NCBI GenBank assembly: GCA_000708835.1
Contig: DF237095.1
Coordinates: 109,447-173,446 of the forward strand
Direction of reading: 5' to 3'
Source of the DNA: Klebsormidium nitens
Taxonomy: Eukaryota; Plantae; Klebsormidiophyceae
Length of the DNA: 64,000 nucleotides
Of this stretch, positions 42,901 to 54,700 are shown piece by piece. Made by a program: the position numbers and the translations under genes. The first letter of the stretch is position 1. Every line of letters starts with the position of its first letter. The notes beneath the pieces are model-generated. The model searched no databases. It was not told the DNA's origin and saw only the letters and a list, made by a program, of their open reading frames with translations.

Positions 42901-45900
42901 TAGGCTCTGTTGCTGTGGAGAGATAGTTGCTAAATCGTTGCTAGAGGTCTTTTGAGCTTGTGTTAGCTTCAATTTCCAGCTACCCGAGAGCAACTACCTA
43001 TGCTGCAAAGTTGATACGCACACGACATAAGCGTTTCGGACGTGTTGGCCGCTATTCTGAGCCCCTTGTTGATGACATCAGCCAACGTCTTAGGGTAATG
43101 TCTTCTTAAGCTACTCAGCTACTTTGTACTGTCGGATACACATTCTTTGATTGAGGTGCCAGATTACGCTGTCGGAATCCCTAGTTGTGGCACGAAGACC
43201 GCTCAACTAGGGCAACACATCAGCTCGACCGCAGTGGTCGTTCACATCCTTGAATGCTGACGTTGCTATGTTGGCTGACAGCAGCAGAACGTCAACGCAA
43301 GCGCCCAAGCTGGGGAGCCGTCAATCCCAGAACTTTCCTTAGAAAGTTGATATCAAAGAATTCTGGAGGGTAGTTGTTTCCCCGTCACGCAGAGCTGCCC
43401 CTACACCTACTTCTCTATCTCTCGGAAGACCCTGAAGTCTCCCGCAGCGTTAATATATGAGTCCAAGTCACAAGTTTCGAAACGCAGAAACCCGAAAACC
43501 GGAAATCCGAACTTAGTTCCAGGGTAAATGGCCACTGTCAAACCGGTGTGCCCCGGGCCGAACCCCGAAACCCGACCTTAAACCCTTGGTTTCCTCTTTG
43601 CAGAGCTGCCCCTGCACCTCCTCCTGGGCGTCCTGTGTGGCATCGTGGCGTACATCCTGCTGCGCCTCATCGCCTACTCCCAAGAAATGTTCGACTTTCT
43701 GCGCGACCGCCTCGGCGTGCCGAAGGAGGTCACGCCTGCGCTCGGAGGTCTCCTCGTCGGATCCATCGCGCTGAAGTACCCGGGGGTTCTTTACTGGGGC
43801 TTCGAAAACGTGGACGAGATTCTGCACAGCCGGACGAGTCCCACCGCACCGGGACCGAGGCTCTTGCTCCAACTCGTGTTTGCGAAGATCATTGCGACGA
43901 GCCTGTGCAAAGGGAGTGGGCTGGTTGGCGGGATCTACGCGCCGTCGCTGTTCCTGGGCGCCGCGCTGGGGAGTGCGTATGGAGCGATTGCGGGGAGCTT
44001 CATTGATTTTGCGATCCCGGGGCCGTCGGGAGTGGCTGCGCCGCAGGTAAACATTCTGGAAAATTCACTGACGTGTGACAACGTTGATTGCTGGAAACGA
44101 GCTACATTTCTTAAAGACCACGATACGTAGTCAGAATTTTGTGGATGTCAGACTCATTGAGGAACTAAGCACAGAACGAGAGGAATTTGCCTTTTGCCCT
44201 TACGTTATCATTGCTCCGCGACCGTGCCTTAATTCAGTTGTCCACCAACCCAATATAGGCGCAGACGTGTTAACTGCTCACTGAAGCAACATTGCTATTT
44301 GTTGATTGAGCTTCACGTGGCGTCCTGATATCTGGAATTGCCACCATCTCCTTTTATGGCGCTTCGGTGTAAACTTACCGCGTATTTCTCCTCTTCACAA
44401 TCGATACAATCAATCCAGATGCGCTGCAGGCATACGCGCTGGTCGGTATGGCCGCGATGCTCGCGGGGGTCTGCCAGGTCCCGATGACGTCAGTCCTGCT
44501 CCTCTTCGAGCTGACGCAGGACTACCGCATCATGCTCCCGCTCTCGGGCGCCGTCGGACTCTCCGCTTGGGTCGCATCCACCGCGATGAAAAAAGAAGAA
44601 AAGCCGAAAGCGCACGCGTCGCCTCGATCCCCCCGGAATCGAAACCGGGGGGGTTCGGCAGACCGGGGGGGGGTGCTTGCGGCAGAGGCGTATGCGGGGG
44701 CGAAGGGGGGGGACAAGGGGCGGGGGGGAAAACCGTACCGCAAGGGGAGGAGCAGTGTCGGGGATCAGGGGTTGGAGTTGATTCAGCTGCCGACGGGGGA
44801 GGTGTTCACGGAGGATGAGCTGATGGACGATCTGCGAGTCAGCCAGGCGATGATGACGAAACTGGTCACCGTCTCGGTAAGCGGTGCAGCGTTGTTTTTG
44901 CGTGAGGCTTAGTAGGCAATAGGCTTTCCAGATGAGTTCCGTATTTTCGTGTCCTAGCTGGTCTCAGTAATGGTTCTCGGCATAGAATTACGTTCAAGGA
45001 ATGTGTGATTCTTGACCATTTCCGGAAGGAAAGGGCCTTCTGGAAAGGGCTATTCTGTTTGTCATTTCGCTGAATCGTCACACGACGGTCGTAGACTTGT
45101 ATCAGAAAGTATCCGGTCAGAAGTAGGCGTCTATCGCTCTGAAGTAGTATAGACAAAAAGGCTTTCATCGTCAGGAAAACGAGTCTGCTTATTCTTCGGA
45201 GCTGCAGAACCTAGGAGCTGATTCTTTTTGCTCTCCACCTCGACAGGCAAACCTGACAGTGCGCGGTAGGTGCGATTTTGAACCGACTGCAGTCCCATCG
45301 TTAAAAGGGCGCGACCGCTATTTTTCAGAGAATCCCAACGCTCTCAAGAGGGTCCGAAAGGCTTATCTTTTTGCTCCCCACCTTCACAGGCGAACGTTAC
45401 GGTGCGCAAGGCGGTGGGCGCGAGTTTGAGCCGGCTGCAGTCTCACCATTAAAAGGGCGCGACCCTACTCCTCAAAGGACTCAAACGCATTCAAAAGGTT
45501 CCGAAAGGCTCATGTTTCCTGCTCCCCACCTTCACAGGCGAACGTGACGGTGCGCGAGGCGGTGGGTGCGATCCTCAGCGGGCTTCAGCGGTGCTGTCTG
45601 GTGGTGGATGAAGACAACCTGTTGGAAGGCATCATGACGCTGACCGACCTGGAGCTCGAGGCGCAGCGCGCGGCAAAGGCGGTGGCGCGGGGCGAGATGG
45701 CACCGCTCGACGTGAGTATTTTTCTTCAAAGATCTCCGAATGTGATGGTGACACTGCGCAAAGTGTGGCGAGGCCCGAGAGATGGCGCCGCTACATCCAA
45801 CACAAACGTGCAACCGTTCAATATCTTGGTTTGTTACAACGGAACGGAGAGGAACCGGACCTGGGAAGATGTCGCGGCACAATGGCAGTTAAGTTCAAGT

Positions 45901-47789
45901 CGCTCGTAATTGGACTCAGTGGTGGTGACGTGTGTGGACATGGGTGAGCAACAGCGACAAAGGCGGCTTCTCTGAGCTTTCAACAATCCTCATCACACAA
46001 ACGACGCCCTAACCTTCATCAAAGACCACCGTACCTGTTTATTTCCGCAGGTGGACTTGATGCAGGTGGCTTGTGTGTGCACGAGCACACGGCAAGAGAC
46101 CTTTCGGATACAAAATCTCGAACATTCTCACCGGTCATTCCATACGTATACAAAATATGACGACGGTTTCTCTTTCTAGGTGGACTCGATGCTGGTGGCG
46201 TGCGTGTGCACGGGCAAGCTAGATTTTGGTACATCAAAGGACCGTCTTATGTTTCGAATCTCAGATATATTCACGTAGAGATAACAAAGTCTTGGACGTA
46301 CGTATTAAAACACCAACACGTTTTCGGACTCGACGCTGGTTGCGTGCGTTGGCACGGGCAAACACGACATCACCAGATTTTCTTATTCCGATTTGAGATG
46401 TTCAGCTTTACAAACACGTGTTCTCCTTGCAGGTGGACTCGAGGCTGGTTGCCTGGGTGTGCACGGGCAAGCGCGACGTAAATTAGACGAGGGATTTTGC
46501 CATTTTTGGTCATCACCATCACCCCGCCTCAAACCAATCTTCGATACCAAAAAAGCATACTTCTCGCAGGTCGACTCGATGCTGGTTGCGTGCGTGTGCA
46601 CGGGCAAGCGCGACGGTGAGACGGGCGAAGAGCTGGACCTGGTGAGCATCTTCCCGGACATGAGCCTCAAGCAGGCGTGGCGCGCCATGCAGCCACGTGG
46701 CCTGCAGCAGCTGCCCGTCGTGGCACGGGGGGGGAAGCGGTGGCAGGAGCGGGGGCGCAAGCTGGTGGGGCTGCTCGACCGGGACTGCATAAAGCGGGCG
46801 TGCAGGTGCGTATCGCTTGTCCTTGTTTTGTGGGGGTTGGTGGGGAGAAGGGGGCCCAGTTTTATAGAGTGGGCGATAGGAAGCAGAGGACTTGAAATTG
46901 TTAGGGGACTCCATAAAGCGGGCGTGCAGGCACGTTTGATCTTGATGAGGGATGGGGGGGAAGGGGGGTTTGGGGCGTAAAGCAAGCAGTAAGAACGTTG
47001 TCTGATTTGAAAATTAAATGCGGCCAGGGGCCCGGCACGTCTCTTGGGCCCCCGGCCGGGCGACACTAAGTACAAATCTGGGTGCGACAAGCCACAGTTC
47101 TGCTGCGAGTGTGCCGCAAGGTGCACCGTACAGACAAAGCTGTGGCGTTATTGTGGGAGTCGTAGACTCGATCGTGGCTTTAGCTTACGTCACTCGACCA
47201 ATCAAATTGCGGGGATGGGTCCGGAAGACTCACTAAGAGCCCCCTAAATAAGGGAGGGTGAGGAAATAATTGGGGGTGGCTCAATCAACAATCAATAGAA
47301 TTACAGTTCTTTTGGGACTCAGAAAGGGTCCGTTTTTTCAGTCTCAAAAAAGGGTCCATCTTTTAGGCATGAGTAAGATACCTAAACCTGTAAAGGAAAA
47401 GGGGTTTGGTAAGAGAAAATATCAGTTAGATTGTCCATTAGCGAGAACAGGAGAGGAGATTGTGCCAAAACTGCCAAACCGACCGTTCAAGCTTGGAAAG
47501 TCTCGCTTGCAGTACTGGCGTTGTTTTCACTGGAATGCATAAAGCGGGTGTGTCAAGTGCGGGGCCCGATAAACGTCAACTGGTTTCCTTTTCAGACGGC
47601 TTGATTTCTGGGTACTCGGAGACTGCTATTAAAAAGATCTTACCGAGCAAGTGTCCTAAGTGGTCCAGCGTCTTATTGGGCTTCTTTTGTCTGCTTTCCA
47701 GGGCGGAGGCGACGAAGCGAGCGCTCGACGCCCTCAAGCAGCAGGAGCAAAAGGAGGATGACCAGCCGCTGAATCTAGGGGGTCACTAG
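39924..47789 (+). CDS. CLC-f: CLC-family chloride channel/transporter with CBS domains (CLC-f type), 9 exons, ~752 aa
   Basis: Exons 39924-40187, 41342-41515, 41957-42194, 42659-42853, 43604-44046, 44430-44876, 45538-45711, 46570-46805, 47702-47789 (2259 nt). Motifs GDRAPPEWA, GSSLGPEGPSV, GFNAAIAGCFFA, GLVGGIYAPSL, VPMTSVLLLFELTQDY, plus two CBS repeats. Confidence 0.93.
43380..47565 (+). repeat. Splice-junction copies around CLC-f exons 5, 7 and 8
   Basis: Acceptor copy at 43393 (real 43604); at 45247 and 45390 (real 45538, ~145-nt unit); at 46051, 46180, ~46324 and 46433 (real 46570). Donor-side CATAAAGCGGG(C/T)GTG copies at ~46912-46930 and ~47537-47560 (real donor 46806). Confidence 0.9.
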
Positions 47790-49149
47790 GTAAAGGGAAC
47801 GCAAATACGGATGTGTGCAAGATACTGTCAGGAATAGGAGCCGCAAAGAGGACGGAATCAGAGCGAGTTGACAAGATAGCCCTAGGTAGATAATGAGCCA
47901 GAAGTGCCTGACTTTGATTTCGCATGCCGCCACAAGGTCTCGGAGTCTCTGCAGAAAGGGCAGGACTCTGGTCAGCGCAGAATGCCTGGCCAGACCGCTG
48001 TGCTTGATCATATTGGATCCTAACACATTGTAACTTACTTTTATTTTCACTTGAATTGGCAGGCAGCGTGTGGGCCCACTGAGTTTGTACCTAAGCTTTC
48101 TGTTTCTAGGCTCCGTTTGGAAACTGATGGAATATTCAGTTGAGGGATTCAACAGCTTCCCAACATGTTGAGGCACGTGCCAGACCTTAGTCGTATGTAC
48201 TATGATTGCCTAGTACGCGCGCATGCCGCCTGGCCATGCACTAGCCTGATATGTACACCATATACTTCTGCTGTCGTGCTGGTCATTTTCATGGATGCTG
48301 CCGCTACCGCGACTCAAATTGTCATTTAGCAGAGTATCAAGGTATATACACAGAGCCCACATGTTCATATGTGTTCCGGTAGGCCCGACACGAGATTTTC
48401 ACTGCATGATGCCGAGACCGGTCTGGCCAGATGTATGCCTCGTGGCAGCTGCGTGTGGAGCGTAATTCTACTGATCAAAGATAGGCGCGTGCACTGCAGA
48501 TACAGAAACTTCTCATACATGCATTAGGCAGAGGGAATGCCGCTGAGAGTGGAGTCTTGATCAAGTCCCATAAAGACAATGAGCAGCACCTTGTCCGAAG
48601 GGAACAGAATCCATGTTCAAGCCCGGATGATCCTCTCTCTGCTGCCAAAGGGGCGTATGCTGCCCAAAGCAATTGTTCGCGCACTGATTGACTGCGAAGG
48701 AAATGGGCAATTATATGTTCAGACTAAAAGCCCAGTCCCTGGACCCTCCTTGACGGTGCCATTGTGCATTGTGCGGGCATGTAGATCGCAAATTCAATCT
48801 GTCGATTAGCAGCATCTTCAGACTGCAAGTTGTCAGGTCTGGTATGCAGCCGTATGCTTTGTGTAGATACAATTGTACACTCTTGTTGCCTCTAGATTGT
48901 ACTCCAGACACGCCGAATGAGTCCCCCAAGCTGCTTCCTTATGTCCCCACTTAGAGAGTGTTGCCAGATCACACCGTAATCCTGGCAATCTCAGTGAGCA
49001 ACATACAGCTGCCAGAACTACGGAACTGAGAATGCTCTGAAAGAATGCTTTCATCTATACAAATCTCCTGACCAGAGAACAAAAAATATTGACCACCAAA
49101 GTGCATCCCATCCTTCCGTACCCCCCCGCACCAACTGGCTCAGTGCCCG

Positions 49150-49698
49150 TCATCGACTATCTTTCCTGACCGAAGCAGACGCCTGCGCCGCCGCGTGCGC
49201 CCCCCGTTTTGACAACAGTCTAGAAACATACGGTGTCAGCGCCAGAGTGATCGGTACCCTGATCGGAAAGAGCGCCTTGTTAGCTAGCACAGCTAACGCT
49301 AGCGCGCTGCCCCCCTGAACTGTCTTCCCTGAGAACCCCCCCAGAGCCCCTTTCTTCGTTTCATCTTTCGAATCCGCCCCCGGCAAAGCACCTCCCCCAC
49401 TTTGATCACTTCCGCTAGCACCAGACTGTTCCGTGTGGTTCACTCTCGGCCCCCCCGGAATCCCAAACTTATCCATCTCGACTTGCAAGTCCGCAGCTTG
49501 GTGTTCGACCGCCTCTTCCGACGCCAAGCCCACTCTTTCCAGCAACTTATTCACGTCAACATTGTGGCTGATTGCGAAGTAGAGGCTGGCGGTCGACAAG
49601 ATGGAGACGGATATGTGCACACCCAGGGCGACCTTGCCGTACTTTTTAGTGAGCTGCGCGAGGCGGCTCCCGAGGCCACCGCTCGATCCAGATGCCAT
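49150..49698 (-). CDS. FAM210B/DUF1279-domain protein, single exon, 182 aa
   Basis: 'LTKKYGKVALGVHISVS...LYFAI' at the N-terminus and 'LAVLANKALFPIRVPITLALTP' at the C-terminus match the DUF1279 pattern. Uninterrupted ORF. Confidence 0.85.
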   Translation of the reverse strand: MASGSSGGLGSRLAQLTKKYGKVALGVHISVSILSTASLYFAISHNVDVNKLLERVGLASEEAVEHQAADLQVEMDKFGIPGGPRVNHTEQSGASGSDQSGGGALPGADSKDETKKGALGGFSGKTVQGGSALALAVLANKALFPIRVPITLALTPYVSRLLSKRGAHAAAQASASVRKDSR

Positions 49699-50200
49699 CT
49701 GCAGCCGTGCTAGACTGGGAATATAGCATGCCCTGCCTCTAAAGCTTCAGCCTTAGACTCCAAAAGTGCCCAAAGCTAGCGTCTGCTGAGCATCTCAAGC
49801 GACGTCAATCTGACTCTGAGCTGTGGCCAAAACTTCAAAACTTGAAGTTGAAGTCGAGCATCTCCCCAGGAATGTCTGGTGTGAAAGCGCCAACTTGCCC
49901 GGCCCGGTACCGATAACGACAAAAACGGCAGCTTTCGAGAGTTGGACTCGGTCTAATTTCATGGCCGCGTGCCCAAAAACCGTTCTCTTGATCACGTCAT
50001 CTGCATATTGGAGCAGTTTACACGAGTGGCCGTCTTGCTTGGAAGAAAGCTCTTGCCTCCTCGAAATCTCCTTGAAGTACAGAATTCGCAGACGGAGAAC
50101 GAAGCTGGCAGTAAGTTTAAGAGCCTAAGGGGTGCCATTGCCTTCCCTCACATCATAGGCCAGCGCTTCTGAAGAAAAGAGATTCAGGCGCCCAGCCCTG

Positions 50201-50671
50201 ATGGCTCAAGTGGCATATCCAGGTGAAGCGAGAGGCCCCCGCCCGCAGTATCGCGGGCCTCCGGGGCCTAGGGGACCTCCAGAGCCAGTCCCTGTGCGGC
50301 CCCCCGTGGTGGTAGACCGAGAAATGACGTGCCCACTTCTATTAAAAGTCTTTTACAAAATTGGCGCGCACCATAGCCTGGAGGACTATGCTGTGAGGGG
50401 GAAAGAGCCAAAGGACACGGTTTCGATATACACGTGGAAGGACGCGAATCTGCGGGAGTTGACGGATCTTGTAAAGGAGGTGGTCCCGAGCGCGAGGCGA
50501 AGAGATGCGCGGCTCTCGTTTGCGTTTGTGTATCCGGACCGGCGGGGGAAGAATGTGCTTCGGGAGGTGGGCCGGACTCTGTCGTTGCGGCAAGGGGAGG
50601 ACGATGAGAAGACGCTCGCGGGCTTGGGATTCCAAACGGGGGACTTTCTCGACGTAGCGGTCTTTGTATGA
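50201..50671 (+). CDS. SAP18: Sin3-associated protein 18 (ASAP/HDAC complex subunit), single exon, 156 aa
   Basis: 'VDREMTCPLLLKVF', 'IYTWKDANLRELTDLVKEV', 'LSFAFVYPD', 'DDEKTL...FQTGDFLDVA' are SAP18 hallmarks. Confidence 0.96.
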   Translation: MAQVAYPGEARGPRPQYRGPPGPRGPPEPVPVRPPVVVDREMTCPLLLKVFYKIGAHHSLEDYAVRGKEPKDTVSIYTWKDANLRELTDLVKEVVPSARRRDARLSFAFVYPDRRGKNVLREVGRTLSLRQGEDDEKTLAGLGFQTGDFLDVAVFV

Positions 50672-51795
50672 GATGTAAGTAAGTCAATTGGGGCTGGGTT
50701 AGCCTCGTACTAAGTGTTTGTAAGATAGTTATCCAAGAAAGGTTCCAGAGACCTGCTTTAGCCGTGGTATCCTTGAGCTAATTGGAGCGCAAAGGAACTC
50801 CTTCCAGATACTGGTTACATGATCAGCCCGCTTCTTTCATTGCGGCTTTTGGATCTTCGTGGGTTTGTGAACTTGCTCATTTCAAAGCAGACAGCAATTG
50901 TGGGCATTCTCCTCGCACTTCTGTACTGTCTTCTCTTTTGATGTTCCAATTGGGAGTTGGACTGCATTACCGAGGTGACAAGTGGTCAGGGCGCTTGATG
51001 CTAAAGTCACTTTCCTTGATCAGCTGGTGGTGCGCCCATTGCCACAGCAATCAATTTTCACATGGTCATAACATCACGAGATTTTGAAACCTTCTTCAAT
51101 GACTCTGTCTGAGAACAATCTGCTGCAAGTTTGTCAGAGCTGGTCCAAAACAACTCATATGCACTTCTCTGGACACTGCTCAGTATCTTTGTCATGGGTC
51201 AACAGCGTCTGGTCACCTGTACATATTGGGAGAGTATTTGCGGTGTTGAAGATGTGGTTCCATGGGGCTTCTTCATACGCCGACCTATCTTTACTTATGT
51301 CGCTTTGATCCTCATTAGTCTCTGTGTGCATGACATGTGCAGTGGTACATATATGCAAATCATTCACATGTAACTTGGCAAATATATGATTACTTAATAC
51401 CATGCCATTATGTTGATCATGAGCATGTATGTGCATGATCATGCAAGTCGACCGGATGTATAGAACTCTACTTGTCGTCGGATCCAAACACTGCCAGTGA
51501 AACAGAACGCGTGATTGGTTGGAAAAGCAAGCGCACGCAACCTATAAGCATGTTACAAATACCGGAACTCGAAACGCCGTTCACAAACAAACCATGTGCT
51601 CGATCACTTGCACACAGTGCTCAGATCAATATTTTGAGTTGCTTTCTCACTCGTTTTCCAAGCAAAGCATCGAACGAAGCTCCATAGTCAGAAGTTTGCT
51701 CCATATCCATTACAAAAAGCATTACAACACGACGGTGTAGGAAGAATCTCATCAAGGAAGGCGTGTCCGCCATGGCCCCATTTGGCAGTCTCCGT

Positions 51796-54700
51796 CTAAG
51801 GGAACATCGGCTGCTGGAGAAGTCCGCAGTCCTCCGGACAGCCAGTCATCAAGTTCAGGTTCTGCAAGGCCTGACCGGAGGCCCCCTTCACCAGATTGTC
51901 AATCTGCACCGACGTAACAAGCCGTTGGTAAAGATTCAGTTTAGAAAAGCTTGATAAGAGCGGAGTAGAAAGGGTTCTGATTGTCAATCTGCAGCGACGT
52001 AATAAGCCGTTAGTGAAGATTCAGATCCTAGGTTAGCTTGAGAAAAGCGGATTAGAAGGAGTCGTCACGGGTTAGCAGACATCCGTACATTTTACGGAGG
52101 ACTTCCACAGCAGCTTCCTCGTAGAGCAAGTGAAGTCCCCGTCCCAAGATCACCACCAAAGATTGGATTCATCTTTTGAAACAAAGGGGTCTGCTTGCTT
52201 ACGACGGAGATGATGATGGCGCGCCCCTTCAGGCGGTCCGGGAAGACCGAGATCAGGTTGTAGTTAGAGCCGCGCACGTTCCGCGTGTGAGGGACGACAC
52301 CCGCGTTCAGGACCTTCACGAACTCCTCGGTCTGCAAAAGTGGCGGCAACTTAAGCGCGGGTTTGAAAAGCATAGCAATTCAGGATCTTGGAAGTTCGGG
52401 CTGCCTTTAGTTCCTGGGTTTCACATCCCTGATATGTTAAGCTCAGAGGAGCGCAACAAAGCTTTTTTAATTTGTAATCTGCCAGAATCACGTACCCCGG
52501 TTTCCCCGGGCTTTTGGCGGGGGCCGCTGTGCCTGAGATGCAAACGAGGCTGGACTGAGCATGTGAAACCGGTGTCGTCTCAGCGCCCAAGTCCGAAGCA
52601 AGCTCTGAAGCAATGCCTCATCATATTGCAATTTGCGCAAGCAGGAGCAGGGATGCTAGTCACCTCATAGAAGCTTTGGAGGTGGTTCCGCAGGTCGTCG
52701 ACGCTGGTCCCGTCGGTCAGCTTCACGTAGATGGTCGACTGCATGCCGCGGCTCTGCAAGGAAACCAGCATTCTTAAAGACCAGCACAAGAAGGGAAATT
52801 CTGTAAAGGTCGTTGGAACTACAGACGTCTAGTCGCGAACGAAGTTTTTGGAACAGTCATTGAGAGACGTCTTTCGTTCGACTGCTTGGTCGTATACGAA
52901 AGTTCTGCAAAGGTCGTCGAGGAAGGTGTTTCACTCAGATGATCAGTCGCCGATTGAGAATCTCTGCCGATATCCCAAACAGATTCTGAGAGTACGTGCA
53001 TACAATCTGCGCTGCTCATACAGAGCGAAAAACGAGTCCTTTTGCTTTTGATGGCAATCACGTCATGTGTCAAAGTCCTTTTCCTGACACTCTTTCCCTA
53101 GAAGCTCTGAGACCCTGTATCTGGCCCTGAGCGCATTGACGAGGAGATTGCTCATAAGCTTGGAGCTGGGATCACTGAAGGGAGGGTGAGATTCGCCTTG
53201 AGGAGACAAAGGCCACGCTGAGTCGCGAGAGGGGCAGATGATGAGCATATCAAGAAGCGCAAAAAGAACGTTCCACTCACCATGGGGATCAAGTGCGGCG
53301 TGAAGCTGATCTGCACGGGCTTGCCAGCAGCGTCTGACAAGCCCTGCTCGATCTCCGGCACTGCAAAAGGAGGACGGCTCATGTAAGAATTGGAAGACGC
53401 CGAGAAGTGACCGTTTTCAGAAGCAGCGATTAAAACGACCGTAGACGGCAAGAACTGATGACTCGGATCCTGTCGTTGTCAGGCGTGTGCGAGAACGAGC
53501 AAAGGCATGACCATTGGAGTCGTAAGTCGCTGGGTTTGAGACGTAAGGGGTACAAACGCGTCAGCGCAGGCAGAGAGTGAGGCACGTCCGCAACTGGTAT
53601 TTGAATTCCCCGGTGTTAGCGGAGCCTTGATCACTGAAGGCTGACACACATACTTGGAAAATGCCTAACGAACTGCCTTCTGAGACGGCCGGATGGCCTT
53701 TTCATCCCAATAAAATAAAGCGTCGCCCGACGTTAGAAGCGAACGCGCAAAAACCTGGTGGCAAGTTCTTGATACGACTCATTGGCCCAGTCACGGAAGG
53801 AGCTAAGCAGATCGGACTCCCTCCATTGTTCCTAATCAACTCTTAAATGGATCTTTCAGATCGGCTAGTATTACTTACCCGTCTTCGACTATAAATCCGT
53901 CCTTTCGACAAATTGATTGGGATTAGGAAGCTAAGTGCAGCTTACTGTGTCTATGCTTCGAAACGCCATACGAGTTCATCCCCTCCGCGATCTCCGTATA
54001 CAAGTTGGCTTCCTTGGCCCCACGGCCTGCACGCAGACAAAGCATACATTAGGGGAGAAGTTTGATCTTGTCGCAACAAGATTCAAAGACCGAGGGACAA
54101 GCACGCCACAAGCACCGAAGCTGTTTACAATCTGTGTAAAATTGACAGCTGTTCCCCCGCTTGCAGCGCTTTCAGGACCAAGTTTCCATTTAACAAGCGC
54201 TGTAAGTCGTTGGGGCTTCTGAGCTTAACTGGTTGACCTTGCACTATGTTCGCCAATCTTATCTTTGACAAGATCACTTTGTTCTTTGCCTCAAGGCGCA
54301 GTCCATGCCGACAACCCGACGCTGTACAATCACCTGCCCCGCTGACTCCAGACTTGGCGTCAATGATGATATCTTCCGTGGTGATCAACCCGCTTTGTAG
54401 GAGAGGGACGAGCGGGAGCTGGACCGTAGTCGGGTAGCATCCCGGGTTCGCGACCTGGACGGGAAAAGCAAAGTCAGCGTCAGCGACATTAGCAGAGCAG
54501 AGGCAGGAGATGCAACGTCAGCGTCAGTGACGTCAGCGAGGCGGAAATAAGCAACGTCGGCGTTAGTAACATCCACGAGGCAGAGACCGGAAAAACAAGT
54601 GTCAGTGACGTCAACAGGGCGGAAGGAGTGACTTGCTTTGAGGAAGTTTCAAAACGGAGGGGAGCTGATCGGTGCTGCGGGATTCGAAAGAAAAGAAAAA

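Noticed and set aside
46383-47126. Long antisense ORFs (46383-47126, 3044-3469, 6613-6954, 50268-50687, 52176-52670, 55405-55956)
   Set aside because: They are shadow frames of GC-rich exons of the identified genes on the opposite strand, with no independent motifs.
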